A stretch of 64,000 nucleotides of DNA from Lytechinus pictus (Eukaryota), in assembly GCF_037042905.1 (NCBI RefSeq), contig NC_087245.1:25794001-25858000 (forward strand), in the 5' to 3' direction. Position 1 is the stretch's first letter; every line of letters begins with the position of its first letter. The translations under genes and the position numbers were made by a program. The notes under the pieces are model-generated. The model was not told the origin of the DNA and did no database searches. It was given only the letters and a program-made list of their open reading frames with translations. Positions 51,438 through 64,000 of the stretch are shown here, one piece after another.

Positions 51438-52340
51438 ACCGTGTTTACACTTAATCGGCAATTGGTTCTGAACCAAATGCCGATGCAGAATCGGCATTTG
51501 GATTGCGTTTACACGTTGTTACAGCTCGCCGTTCAGAACCCAGAGCCGATGCAAAAACCTGAAAGGGTACGCATACCTACAATATACGTCATAATAAAGA
51601 CAACGCTGGATCAGTGCGCTTACAATTACGTCACAATGGTAAAGTAATTGAAATGCGCACAAATTGCCGGTGCAGAATCGGCTTTCTGTTTACACGTAGT
51701 AAAAAAGCCGATTCTGCATCGGCTCGCGGTTCAGAACCTACTACTTTTACCGTGTTTACACTTAATCGGCATTTGAATCGGCTCGCAGTTCTGAACCGCG
51801 AGCCGATTCAGCATCGGCTTTTTCATAGCGTGTAAACGCGAGCAACTTGAATCGGCTCGCGGTTCAGAACCGGCAATTTGCACCACCAAAGTAGTAGGTT
51901 CTGAACCGCGAGCCGATGCAGAATCGGCTTTTTTACTACGTGTAAACAGAAAGCCGATTCTGCACCGGCAATTTGTGCGCATTTCAATTACTTTACCATT
52001 GTGACGTAATTGTAAGCGCAATGATCCAGCGTTGTCTTTATTATGACGTATATTGTAGGTATGCGTATCATTTCAGGTTTTTGCATCGGCTCGCGGTTCT
52101 GAACCGCGAGCTGTAACAACGTGTAAACGCAATCCAAATGCCGATTCTGCATCGGCATTTGGTTCAGAACAAATTGCCGATTAAGTGTAAACACGGTATA
52201 TGGTGGTGCAAATTGCCGGTTCTGAACCGCGAGCCGATTCAAGTTGCTCGCGTTTACACGCTATGAAAAAGCCGATGCTGAATCGGCTCGCGGTTCAGAA
52301 CCGCGAGCCGATTCAAATGCCGATTAAGTGTAAACACGGT
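51438..52340. mobile_element. MITE containing a complete inverted copy of the same family (inner copy 51749..52197)
   Basis: Four termini: ACCGTGTTTACACTTAATCGGCA at 51438 and 51749, and its reverse complement ending at 52197 and 52340. The outer halves rejoin to the sequence seen intact in the inner copy. Confidence 0.85.
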
Positions 52341-52644
52341 AAGTATTGCTTTTATGAAGGTCCACTCGATACGCGCATACAATTGAAGTACGCCACAATT
52401 TGGAAGGCATGCCAACGAAACCACGATCCGACACAATACATTCAGGGATTACTAGCAAAATAGAGATAAACTAAAAGATTCTGACAACACTATAGATTCA
52501 AATAATAGAAGAAAAAAATCCCAACAATTGAATAATAATGTACCTTATTACAAAAATATTTTTTAATCAAATTATTGTCTTAATCTTTTTTAATCTTCAG
52601 TAAGTAGGATGAATTCTGTCATCAAATAAAACAATTTCCTAATT

Positions 52645-53880
52645 CACCCCGATTTTTTTACCGCTCTTAAGCTCCGCCCCTCACTCAGAGAACCATTTTA
52701 GTAGTTTGTAGAGTTGATTTTTTTTTCTCATTTTCAACATTTTTGTTATAAAAGTTTTTACATCAAATATCATGTATAAAAATATGAGGCATTTATATAT
52801 GTATTTTTCCTGAAATATGAAGTGGACATAACTATGATTATCTGACGTAGCATATCAATTGTCATAACAAAGATCTGTGAGGTTGATACATTTTTCATCT
52901 AAATTTCGCTGCACCACATCAATGCGCCTACAATCCAGCGCCATGGTGGTTTGACCGAGCATGCATGCCCGGCAGGCGTCACGGTAGGTTTGGCCGGTTT
53001 ACCGCCACCGGATGGTGGTATCTGAAATTCTGCATGCATGCTTACATAAATTGGTGTAAAATTATAGCATGAAAATACTAACTGTGACATAGACCTTCGC
53101 CCCTTGATAGTTCATAAGTCGATACCCGTCAGAATATACATGGCTCGATACTAAACCGGATAATTTCGGTCTAATGTTAGGTCTAACGATAGACTAGATC
53201 TCGGTCAAGGGCTTGGCTTTGCTCGTGTAGTGGCCGTATTCGATCTCTGCCTGATGGATTGCAAAAAGCTGGGTCGGATTTGTGGATATTACATAATGTA
53301 TACATATTTTTTATGCTCCAATCTATAGATCTACCGTAAGTGAAAATTAGGATTCTTACCTTGAATATGTATCGTTGCTCAACTGCCTTAGTGCCACAAC
53401 AGTGACAGACCAAATGTATATCATTCGAGTCCACATCAAGCTTGGTCGATTCGCATCGAGTATGCGGCCAGCACTGTTGTTCGCGCAGTATACGCGCACA
53501 TACCCATATGTGACCGAGAAACTTTCGGCGCTGTCAGGACAGAAGATCAAGGTCTTGGCTCTGGTGTTGGCTGGTGTAGTTTTGATAGGGGCAGCGAAAT
53601 TAAGCAGAAGAACGGTAAATACAACGTCATCAGACTATGCATTTTTTTTTATATGCAAACTACAAAAATCATGATTACCTTTGTCTTACTTTTTTAGCAA
53701 AATACATTAAAATTCTTAAAATAATATTTAACGTTCTTTATTGAAGTCTCATTATCAATGAAAAGTAATAAAATTGAACAAATGAAAAAAAAAATCAACT
53801 ATACAATCTACCCCAATGGTTCTCTGAGTGAGGGGCGGAGCTCAGAGTGGTCACAAAATCTGAGCGGAGTGGACCTTCCT
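52645..53880. mobile_element. Probable non-autonomous TIR element, boundaries approximate
   Basis: GCTCCGCCCCTCACTCAGAGAACCATT (52671) is inverted at ~53815-53841, and the match extends imperfectly inward. Confidence 0.5.
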
Positions 53881-54981
53881 AATAGCAACACTGATGTGTG
53901 TTGCTGTCCTCTACGTTCGTTGTCTACAATGTTTCGCAAGTACTGAAATTAGCGATCAAAATTGTTTTTTACTGCAAAAGTGCACTAGCAGAAATAACAT
54001 AGTAACATTGCCGGGCCGTGACATTATTTTTCCCACCGCAGTTCTGGAAGCCAATATGAATATTCATGACTTGCGTCTTCGGAATAAGAGTACGCATGCG
54101 TGTGTGACTTGGGCGTTCGCGTGAGTGAATCAGCACCTTCCAATTACCGGTACCCTAATATTGGCCTTAGGCTTAGACCTATATCCAATTCTTAAACACT
54201 TATCAAATTGCCATTAATGACAGGAAAAAATGCTAGGTTATGTTATGGCTAGCCTAGGCTAGCGCATTAAGTCTCAAATCTGGACCTATATCGGCCTATG
54301 CCTGCGGCTGACTAATGCCATGGTTAACTTAGAATTGGTTAATTCCGAACTTTACGTTTATTTAAGTTAGACCAATGAGCTTGGTCGCCTTAATAGGTCT
54401 AGTCCGTATATAGAACTAGATCTAGTAACACAATTGCCTATTTGGAGCACGGGAAATTAAAAACTTACAAATTTGTAAAGAAAATGCAAATCGATCTATT
54501 ATATTTCCTTGATCAAGACGGGATCAAGATCGAGTAAACTCTGCGAGACAATTTACGTGCATGTTCTGCTCACTATGTTAGAATACGTTCCATGCTGATA
54601 CAGCGTAGATCAGATTCTATCAAGGTTTAGAGACTAGACTAGTTCTAAGATTATTTATTTAGCGGTTCTCCTAAATCATAGACGACGTGCACGTGAGTGA
54701 CGTCATTTTAACCGCTCAAGCCCAGCATGAAGATCAACCTTTCCCTTTTAAAACAAATTTTTCAGTGACTTTTCACAAAATTAATGTAAGTTGTACGATG
54801 CATTCTGTTTATCAGATTTGAAATTGCTTTCTGATCTCCAAAATATACATCGATATATATCCTAACTCGCGTAAAAAGGAATCAAAGCAAGTGAAAGGGC
54901 ACATGTGCACAAGTTGCACCTTCGCATCACCCGACCGGGTCGCTAGGCGATGGTGCGCCAGATCTTGCGGGTCGGGCAGCG

Positions 54982-55954
54982 TGTCATGACCCGCTGGTTA
55001 TCGCGCTGTTTCATGTGGACGTACGTACACATACAAGTCGAGTGAAATCTAAAGTATTCGCATCTGTAGTGAACAAGGGCAGACGACGACGTTGACTCGA
55101 ACGATCAGATGACTGCTACGTCGTTCACGTTCACTGCTCATAAAACTCTCTAATACTAGGGCTTGCTCTTTTGGTAGTCTGGTTGGTCTGGAAGCGGACG
55201 GTTCGGAGTCTGGAGCAGACGGCTGGTGGTCCGGAGCAGACTGGTTGGTCTGAAGCAGATGGTTGCTGGTCTGAAGCAGACGGTCGGAGGTCTGGAGCAG
55301 ACAACGGTGGAAACTACAAGTAGAGAAGAGCCAATGGGTATGGTCGTGAGAGCCTGACTGCAGAAGGACCCATACATTATAGTCAAATGATCAGCCGTAG
55401 TTTCCGATACTGAACAGATGTCAGTGGTTGCAGTACGGAAACAGACGTGGTTGCAGTGCTGAACAGACGTTGTTGCAGTACGGTATCAGACGTGGTCGTG
55501 GTACTGAACAGACGTGGCTGCAGTACGGAATTGGGCGTGGTTGCTGTACTGAACAGACCTGGTTGCAGTACTGAATCAGACGTGCATAGTTGCTGTATGG
55601 GTGTGGTCGTGAGAGCTTGACTACAGAGGAACCCATACCTATGGTCGAGAGATCTTAAACTACAGGAATCAGATGCATATGGTCGAGAAAGCTTACCTAC
55701 ACAAGCTAGATGCATATGATCGGGTGAGCTGTTGGAGCTGACATTAATGAGTGTAGCCAGTTGGAGCTTGCCTGGTGGTGGTACTGGCAGGATCGAGGCT
55801 TGTGCAAGTGTCAACTGCGTCAGTATATATCTGCCAAACGGATCCGCGAATAAAGTTTGGAAATCGACGTGGCAAGCACCCGCCGGCGGCAGGCATCCTG
55901 ACAAGAGCGAGCTGCCGGCGGACCACACCCTAGCCCGCCGCCGACTCCGTCACA
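54982..55954. mobile_element. Possible solo LTR with internal ~21-bp and ~36-bp tandem repeats
   Basis: TGTCATGA ... CGTCACA termini and GC-richer than the flanks. No TSD found. Confidence 0.35.
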
Positions 55955-55959
55955 ATATA

Positions 55960-56110
55960 TTTGCTGAGGTGCTGTCTACAACGTCCTGAGGTAGGGGATT
56001 CCATAACCTGGCAGTGGCAGGAAAGAAGGAATTTTTGGAACATTCTGTTTTTGCAAATGGAATCATGAGTTTTTAGAATGACCTCGGGGTTTGTGTTTCA
56101 GTTGTTCCTG
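55960..56110 (-). pseudogene. CR1/L2-type LINE ORF2 C-terminal fragment
   Basis: Minus strand translates KLMIPFAKTECSKNSFFPATARLWNPLPQDVV, matching the SFFP..WNxLP motif. Confidence 0.65.
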
Positions 56111-57134
56111 GACGTCTACAATATTATTAATGATGCGATACATTAGTAGGGTCTTGGCTTGGGCCATACGCTCTTGAAGGGTTTGCCACTGTAGTTGTCG
56201 AAGCATAGCAGAAATGCTGTTTGTAGTCTGGTAGTCGTGACAAACAAGGCGAGCCTAAGCTAGCCCTGTATAGCCTAGCCTAGTTTTTGTCTTGCCATTA
56301 ATGGCAGTTTGATAAGTGTTTAAGAATTGTATCTAGATATAGATCTAAGCCTATAAGGCCTATGTAACTAATGTAAGGGTACCGGTAATTTTGAGGGTGC
56401 TGATTCATTCGTGGCAACGTGAACGCTAACGACGACCACTGACAATTAGTGTCCACGCGCATGCGTACTCTTATTCCGAAGACGCAAGTTATGAATATTC
56501 ATATTGGCTTCCAGGACTGCGGTGGGAAAAATAATTTCGCTGCCTGGCAAACCCAGGATAAAATATTTCCACTAAACTGTCCTGCAACGCAAGTTGTAAG
56601 GCATGATAAATTTTTGAATTTTAGCAACCACATCGGGGACATTAGATCTGCGGTTCGTGTGCAACATCTCCGATTTTGGAGGATTTTTACTACCATCGGG
56701 ACCCAACATGATCGTCGTCGTAGAGCTAGAAAGTGCCTCTGAAATATGGAAGCAACAGTCAATCAGCGCGCCTTTAAATTAATTATATGTAGAAGTAACG
56801 TACATGTTACTTACATCGAAACTGTAAATTAAGTTTTATACTGCTGCCCTGCATTGACAGTAATGCGTAATGACCTGGCCCTATCTTAATCTTTATTATG
56901 TTTTGTATTGACCTTGTAAATTTATTTTCTTTGTTGTGATTTCAATAAAGTGATATCAAATAATTTTTTTTGCACTCTGTACAGGGAACCTATGCCCAAA
57001 AATAAATTATTGATTTTCCTATTTATACAAGGTTTTCATCAAAATATAAGTCCATAACGGATTCAAGTTTTCAAAATGAATAGAATCTGATAACATTACC
57101 ACCTCGGTATAATTTCCTAACAATGTAAGAATAA

Positions 57135-57527
57135 TTTGAAATCTTATCCCCCATTTCGGGGGAAAGTAAGGGATAATGCCCACGGGGCATATGTCCTTTA
57201 TATTTCGTGCGAGATGGCTTGTTGTTTGTGTTGGAGGAGCCAGCAAAAGAAGAAAAAAAATCCACATGTATTTCAGACGGACTTTGCAGCTGCGCAAATC
57301 AACGCTTGCAAAATGGTTTAGCTGGAGAAGTTAATATGACCATAGTAGGTCCATGAAATGACCCACGGATTTAATTGCCAGCGATCCAACAATGATCCAC
57401 GTACGGTGCAATATTGATTCGATGGACTGTAATAGTATATACCTAAGCCTTAATTCATTTTTGTTCTCCCTTTAATATGTACTCGATTTGTTTGAAGAAC
57501 CACTTTCTAATCCATGCCATAATACAC
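57135..57527. repeat. Interspersed repeat, copy 1 (direct copy at ~61438..61787)
   Basis: Shared ATCCCCCATTTC..GGGGAAAGTAA..ATAATGCCC ... CTAAGCCTTAATTCA ... ACCACTTT..ATCCATG.CATAAT. Confidence 0.7.
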
Positions 57528-57699
57528 CGCTTCTTATGAGTGGAGTCCCGGGCTGAAGTGGCGGAAATGCTGGGCTGAGCAGTCGTATGTGAAAGCTCGG
57601 GATTTTCTCGTGGTCCAACTTCGTTATGGCATGCATGCGTTGATATATATACGGACATGTCGCCGTTTAATACCATACATGTAGTATTAACAATATTTT

Positions 57700-57825
57700 T
57701 GCACACGAACCGCAAATCTAATCTCTCCGTTGTTGTGGATGGGAAAGCTCCGGTGGCGAGGATTTGAACCCACGACCCTCTCTTTGCAAGCCCAGAGCCA
57801 CAACCACTAGAACACGATGCGCCGA
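57700..57825 (-). mobile_element. tRNA-derived SINE head
   Basis: Minus strand GCGCATCGTGTTCTAGTGGTTGTGG...GGGTTCAAATCCTCG (A and B boxes). Confidence 0.6.
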
Positions 57826-58410
57826 TTTATTTCCTCTCTGATTCAGGTATATTATTCCAAGCTAATTAGAATGGAAATCGCTTGCAAGCTTTTACTTTGC
57901 TTCCTGTAAATGCAGAAGCAAATGCTTGTGTTAACAGCTGCACACAATAAGCCAGTTCGTAGTTCCTTTCTGCGCATGATCAAAATATTCTACGCATGAT
58001 CAGAGGAAGGTCAATTGTACTACAGTGACATGGTGGTTTAAAATCTAATGAGATAAGCACCAACTTTGAAGTCTTGATTATTCATATATTCTTTTGAATT
58101 GTGGTTTTCATTTACATCCGCAAAAACCAACAATGCGTCCACGAACGACTGGTATTTCACAGTTTGCCAAGTACATTGTGCAACATGTTATGATACGCAT
58201 TCAAAGTAGGAATGCAACAAATACCTTCATAAAGTATTCATTGGTGTGCTATTCTAGTCACCTGGTCTATTCAATTTCTTCATCCTGCTATGTAAGGCAA
58301 GCTTACGTAATATCTTGCTTTAAAATCTTCCTATAATAATGAAAGAAATGAAAGGTGATTTGATCAAAATTGTCCATGAAGTAACTACGAACTGGTCTAT
58401 TGCACAGAAT

Positions 58411-58576
58411 CAGCGGTGGATCCGAGCGGGAGTACAAGGGGCACACATCCCTTTTTATTTTTAGACTTGCCCATGGAACATACATGTAAATCTCAGAAGA
58501 CTGTCATCCGCGCCCCCTCTATTTCCAATTTGGCTATTTGCGCCCCATCTATTTCAGAACAGTGGATCCGCAACTG
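58411..58576. mobile_element. Small degenerate hAT-like MITE
   Basis: CAGCGGTGGATCC ... GGATCCGCAACTG termini. TSD not clear. Confidence 0.4.
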
Positions 58577-61437
58577 CAGAAGTAATGGACATTTCTTTGA
58601 TGTTTTTGGTTGCAATTGATTTTTTTATGGTTCAAGCTATCTTATCTGAGCTTGCGCTTTTGCTTTACCATGTGTCTTACGTCTAAGAATTATGTTCATA
58701 TTAAGAGGAACATCATAACTGAAGCTGTATAATGGCTGAATTTGTGTCGAGACGAAATCTGAAACCCCTCCATTTTGAGAAAAGAAAATTTATTTGAAGT
58801 TTATGCCTGAATGATTGATTTAGAAAATTGATTGATCCTCTTACAGCGCAGATGGCTTGCCATATAACAAGAAAAATAAACCACCATTTGGATATGTAAG
58901 CACGACATTCTTTATGTTGTTGATACCAATAACAAATGCTAACTCAAGCAAAACAAACTATCCGGGGACAAAATAGGAATGAAAAATTTAAATTTTCCCC
59001 CATTTTCATTGACTTTAGAAAGCCTTTTTCTTTCGGTTTTGACAATGACATTCACGTTTGCGCTAATTTAATCATAGGCTAAAATCGTGGATAAAGTTAC
59101 TTTTAATGGCTATTGCCTATTTCATGTGTACCGATTCAAGCAAAAGATTCGCGAGATGCTATTGTTCCACAAACAATTTTTTGTTTATTTAATGAATTTG
59201 GACCATAGCCATGAATCTAGGTCGAGCTATAAATTATACAACAACCTATCTACATATACGCTTTGTCAAATTGTGGGGCAAATAATACACCTGAGTGTAG
59301 ATGTACAAGCTGTGTAGCATTGCACGTGAAATATCACATCTCCTATAACTTTCTCATGAAAACTAATGACATGGATTATAAATCTATGAATATACAATAT
59401 GAAATACCAATTCTGCACTTAAGAATCGAAAATCGTTTATTTGGAAAATCGGCTTCCAGAATTTGTTATTCTCGTTTTTAAAGTCTCTTTTTGTATCTAT
59501 ATGTATGAACCGTAACCTACAAATAAAGTGGGAGATGTGTAAGACGTAATTGTGGTGAGAGAGCATTTAACTGCTAAGATTCCAAAATGCCAATTGTCCC
59601 ATTGACATTAATATCTTAGTTCAATGAAGATTCCTGAATGTTCATCTCTATTTTTATGGTACAAACGCATTCTTTGTTTTAAACGAGTGAATCTACATCT
59701 CGAAAAAGTACTTTCACGCGTAGTAGTTGAGCTGTATAGCTCGGCGCACAAACAAGTTCCGACTACAACGTGATTTTCTTAACAAAAAATGAGCATTTTA
59801 CATTGAATATAAAAAATGCGAGAAGTAAAATTGTGATATCTAAAGTGCGCCAAAACTACATAAATAAGAATTCTGCTTTGCTGCAAACCTTGTCATGCTT
59901 GTGGTCGGAATAAAAACCAAATGGGCTTCAATTCGCAGCCGATGATGACGTCTTTTCGATTTGCAATTGAGTTTGCTTTTATTGCTACAGGGAATGTCAA
60001 AATAGACTGGTATGTCAATTTGAGTATTCATACCGATTTTCAAAACTTTTCCATCGTTAAGATTATAGGTTGGAATGCTTATATCAAATTATATACAAAT
60101 TTCTCCAGTTTCTTCATTCATCAGTGGTGTTTGTACACTAAATTGCCCCTCATATACGTTCCAAATTAATAAATGAAAAAATGCAGCAGTATGAAAATGG
60201 ATATTCAAGTTATGTATTTCCGAATGATTTTTTTCTTCCAATATAGACGTAGGGAGAGTAGATAGAAGCATTTTCATTTCTTTGAAGAACTGTTTGGATC
60301 AGGATCCTATGTCGTATTATTTTACTTTCTTTGGGGCGTTCAAGGATATTGGCCAGCGTATGAATGGATCCTGAACCAGGGCTGCTCAGTCATGAAGGCA
60401 ATATCCGCATTACTTTTATGTCCCTTCACCGCCTACGTGCTTGTTAGTGACAAAGAGCTTCCAGATTTCACTATCCTTAACTCATTAACACACTCCAATC
60501 GCCATAGGGCTTGAGTTGGTTGGTTGTGCTGCACTCGGAAGCTGTGCATAGTTCTTAAATAGTGTCTTAGAAATGTTTGTTGCACATCCAAGCTCCACAT
60601 ACTTGGTTGTACCACCTCCATCTTATTCTGGATAATGGCAAGAGAAACCAGCGGATGTAGGGATGATGCCGTGAATATCTGTCGGTCCCGTATTACAATT
60701 TATGTATGAAGACTCCTCCGCCCTTGGAGAGATATTGTTATTTTTTTCCTGCAGGGTGTTCACGCACCTTCCTCACCTGTGTAGGAAGGGGGCCTGACGG
60801 TTATTTCGCCGACTACCCGACCATGAAACAGGTTGTACTGGATTACATGGTTCCAGCAACAAGCACGCTCTTGACCTGACATTCCCGATCTTTCGTTGGA
60901 GAATGCGAACGCTTATTTACGACGGTAGTTGATTTTGGAAGAGAATTTTGGGCCCGTCGTCATGGTCGCAAAACTCTGTCCTGCAATGCAAATTGTGTGA
61001 CATGAGTTTTTGTTTCGTTTCGCATCTGCAACGGAAACATTCAATATGCGTTTCGGGTGCAAAATTCTGGTTGCTACTATGGTAACAGCGATATATCCGA
61101 TTCAGGACGACTTTCCAGAGCCACATCTGGTTCCTCCCAGAGCTCGAGAGGATTGACGAGTGGATACCAGGCGCGACCACGCGTAAAAGGGGGACAGGGT
61201 GGGCAAGCACGTTACGTATAGGCCTTTGTAACGTATAAGGGTGTCAAAAACGATGTTTAAAATACTGGAAAAAATGTTATATTTCCAATACAATAGGGTT
61301 TCACAAGCAAAATACTTGATAAGAGATGCATTTATATAATCTGGAAAAGCCTTGCTTCCCTTGTTTAGGGTGCTTTTCGAAACCGCATGGTCGTGCCTGG
61401 TATCCACTCATCTATGGAAGTGGTCCCCCGGGAATGT

Positions 61438-61787
61438 GAATCTAATCCCCCATTTCTGGGGAAAGTAAAACATAATGCCCATTACATTGTGTGCTAGAGG
61501 CATATCGTTTGTGTAGGAGTAAACAAAAGGAAAAAAAACGCAAATTCGGCTGGTATTCAGACGTATATATGCTGTGTACATATGAACGCATGCGAAATGG
61601 TTTCAGCTGGAGAGGTCATCTGACCCATGGAATCAATTGCCAGTGATCCATCAATAATCCACATTAAATTCAATATCGATTCGATAGACTGTAATGATCT
61701 ATATCTAAGCCTTAATTCAGTAAGTTTTTCCTCACTCAATATGTACTCGATTTGTTTGGAAAACCACTTTCTTATCCATGTCATAAT
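61438..61787. repeat. Interspersed repeat, copy 2
   Basis: Diverged direct copy of 57135..57527. Confidence 0.7.
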
Positions 61788-61904
61788 CTATTGTGGGCCC
61801 TGCATTTCGAATATCTCCAGCCAGCTGTCATACTAGAGCAGGGGTTCTCAAACTACGGCCCGCGGGCCGGATCCGGCCCGTGGTGCTTCTCAATCCGGCC
61901 CGCG

Positions 61905-62497
61905 AGTCCACCCCAGAAAAATGTTGATTTGAATAAATAGAGAAAAATCAAACTAGCACAATTCATCTAAACTGGATGTAAAATAAGAAAGTTAAGATAT
62001 TTTAAAGTTTCGCTTATTTTCACAAAACAGTGATATGCACAACTCGGTGACATGCAAATGAGACAGTCAATGATGGCCCTCACTCACTTTTTCTTTTGTT
62101 GTTTATTGTTTGAATTCTACAAAATTTCATTTTTACAGATTTGACAATAAGGACTAACTTGACTGAACCATATAGTATTAAACAATGCTAATTCCACATG
62201 TTCATGGAGGAATTGATTGTTGTTTCACTTGACAATGAGGAGAAAATTAGGATATTTCATATTTCTTACAATGAAATACAAAAGAAATTGTAAGTGGATG
62301 ACGTCATTAGTCTCCTCATTTGCATACCGACCAGGATGTGCATATATAACTTTGTGTAAGTTTTGTGAATTTAAGCACAATTTTAAAATGCCATAACTCT
62401 CTTATTTTACATTCGATTTTGATGAAATTTTCAGCGTTGTGCTAGTTTGATTTTTCTCTAGTATTCAAATCAACTTTTTGTTGGATTTGTCCTTTAA
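61905..62497. mobile_element. Kolobok-like TTAA element nested in the hAT element
   Basis: AGTCCACCCCAGAAAAATGTTGATTTGAAT ... ATTTGTCCTTTAA, homologous to 8353-8920. The left tip is missing. Confidence 0.7.
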
Positions 62498-62851
62498 TCA
62501 CTTTTAAGTCACAATATAAAACATAGCTCAATATGATAACATTGGGCATCCATGTAGACCTAACCGTATAATAAAAGTTATGACAGTCAAATAAATTTGA
62601 CTTTTAAACAAAGTTTAGTGGAGTCTTTTCTGTCTGTTCTCGTGTCTGTTCCACTTTCTTATTAGATGAGCACGGCGCTACATTAAAAAAGTAGTTTCAC
62701 GTCAAACGTCTGATAACACGTTGGATTTGAAAACACATGCGCACACATTCTAACACGCGATCAATTTGGTTAAAACGTAAACTTAATTGCCGGTTCAGTT
62801 TTGCGGATCTGCTCAGGGGTACATAAGTCATCATTTAATTGTTAGGTCAAG

Positions 62852-62980
62852 ATGGCATCAAATTCTGCAAAGAAAAGAAAGGTGGATGCTGAAAATCGTG
62901 TTTTCCATGAAGAATGGACAGACAAGTATGCATTAATTTTACTGCAATCGAGCACAAGGCCAATGTGTTGGCCTATCTAA
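62852..62980 (+). pseudogene. N-terminal remnant of a Buster/SPIN-like hAT transposase
   Basis: MASNSAKKRKVDAENRVFHEEWTDKYALILLQSSTRPMCW resembles the KKRKVD.E.R.F..EW..KY...PMC start of GTF2IRD2/EPM2AIP1-like hAT transposases. Confidence 0.75.
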
Positions 62981-63797
62981 TTTGACTTCAAAAAATTGAT
63001 AGGCCTACTCCAATACAATATCTGTCTCAATTCCAGGTATGTGTTAAAATTGACATAGGTACAATCTACATTCCTTTTAACAAAGAACTACAATTTTGTT
63101 GTCATTACTATTGACTCTCGCTGTATTTTGAAATCTTTTCTAATTTTGCCTGTGTTCCATATGAAACTGTTATAAATGTTGGATTAAATTCTCCCAAAAT
63201 AAGTGCCAGATTGCACCAGCATGAGAGAGCATCTAGGACCCCAGCCGGAAGGGTCTTCGCGCTTCGCGCACAAAATTTTTTTTCTAAGTATCCACTTCAC
63301 CCTGGCCCTTTCAGGTTATTTCTAGTCTCAGCTGGCCCTTCAAAGAAAAAGTTTGAGAACCCCTGTACTAGAGGTTCGCCGCCGGCTCAGGGGGCATGCA
63401 TGAAAACGGGTGTCGCGTGAGAGAATTTTGCACACGAAAAGCAGATCTATAGGGCCTGTATCACAAAGCTTTGCAATGAATGTAGAACAGTTCATTATGA
63501 TTGATTCCATTGATTATAATGTACAATTACTCGTGAGAATCGAATGTACGTTTAATCGTTAATTTTTGTGTTAGGAGACCCTAATGTTACCGTTCCTGAG
63601 GTTTGCGAAAGGTGGCTATTATCTCTAATACACATTTGCTATCACCAGATTTGTTCATTCTTGTTTCATACCTATTTGATATGGCCTGATGTCTTTGTTC
63701 TTGCTACACAATCATCAGCTACCATCCGATCTCTCGGGTCTTGATGAGGAACTTTGCCATATCTATTTATCCTTGTTAAGAGACTTTTACTACCATT

Positions 63798-63944
63798 AGG
63801 GGCCCGTTGTAAAAAGAGTTGCAATCAATCGCAACTCTAAAAATCACGCGCAACCTGATTTTCAACCAATCAACAGCGCGCATTTGGGACTTGCGATTGA
63901 TTTTGGGGCTTTCGTTTAAACGCACCTCTTTCTGCAATGGGCCC
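63798..63944. mobile_element. Small MITE related to 11350..11588
   Basis: GGGGGCCCGTTGTAAAAAGAG ... CTCTTTCTGCAATGGGCCC. Confidence 0.6.
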
Positions 63945-64000
63945 AGACATGCTGTATTTGAAAAGGGGTTACCAACTGTAATTCATATCTGTATGATTAC

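Larger units (their letters stand above)
54008..56550. mobile_element. Element with long imperfect TIRs (~250 bp) enclosing other repeat fragments
   Basis: ATTATTTTTCCCACCGCAGT..GAAGCCAATATGAATATTCAT..GAGTACGCATGCG (54024-54100) is inverted at 56459-56536. The match continues to ~54240 / ~56278. Confidence 0.7.
61839..63365 (+). mobile_element. hAT (Buster/Charlie/SPIN-like) internally deleted element
   Basis: TACTAGAG|CAGGGGTTCTCAAACT ... AGTTTGAGAACCCCTG|TACTAGAG: 16-bp TIRs and a perfect 8-bp TSD with central TA. Confidence 0.92.

Noticed and set aside
52341..52440. Continuation of LINE ORF2 beyond the nested MITE
   Set aside because: Joining across the MITE gives no endonuclease motif such as GDFN, so the LINE is treated as truncated at 51436.
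48184..52463. Short Cys/Arg-rich ORFs in the CCGTGTTTACAC MITEs
   Set aside because: They arise from internally repetitive MITE sequence on both strands. The first ~22 aa of ORF 50403..51497 are MITE-derived too.
55156..55989. 181-aa and neighbouring ORFs as a gene
   Set aside because: They are produced by 21- and 36-bp tandem repeats, with no domain similarity that I recognise.

Overview
AT-rich, repeat-dense eukaryotic DNA, most likely an echinoderm (sea urchin), judged from the neuropeptide and the repeat types. Only one host gene is recognisable: an orexin/hypocretin-type neuropeptide precursor (23531..23905, +) with a TATA/Inr-like promoter. The rest is mostly transposon-derived: Tc1/mariner, hAT, PIF/Harbinger, Kolobok-like, CACTA-like and IS3EU-like DNA elements, Helentron/HINE-like elements, tRNA-derived SINEs and an L2-group LINE. 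The most unusual structures are whole-element palindromes. One is a 2.9-kb Tc1 element whose 1,252-bp inverted arms each carry a DD34E transposase ORF (one intact, one N-truncated) around a tandem-repeat spacer. Another is a 4-kb near-perfect fold-back element with TAT..ATA ends and a 6-bp TSD. There is also a 186-bp perfect inverted duplication and a MITE nested inside an inverted copy of itself. All comparisons were made by eye; family names come from terminal/TSD signatures and recalled motifs, not database searches.
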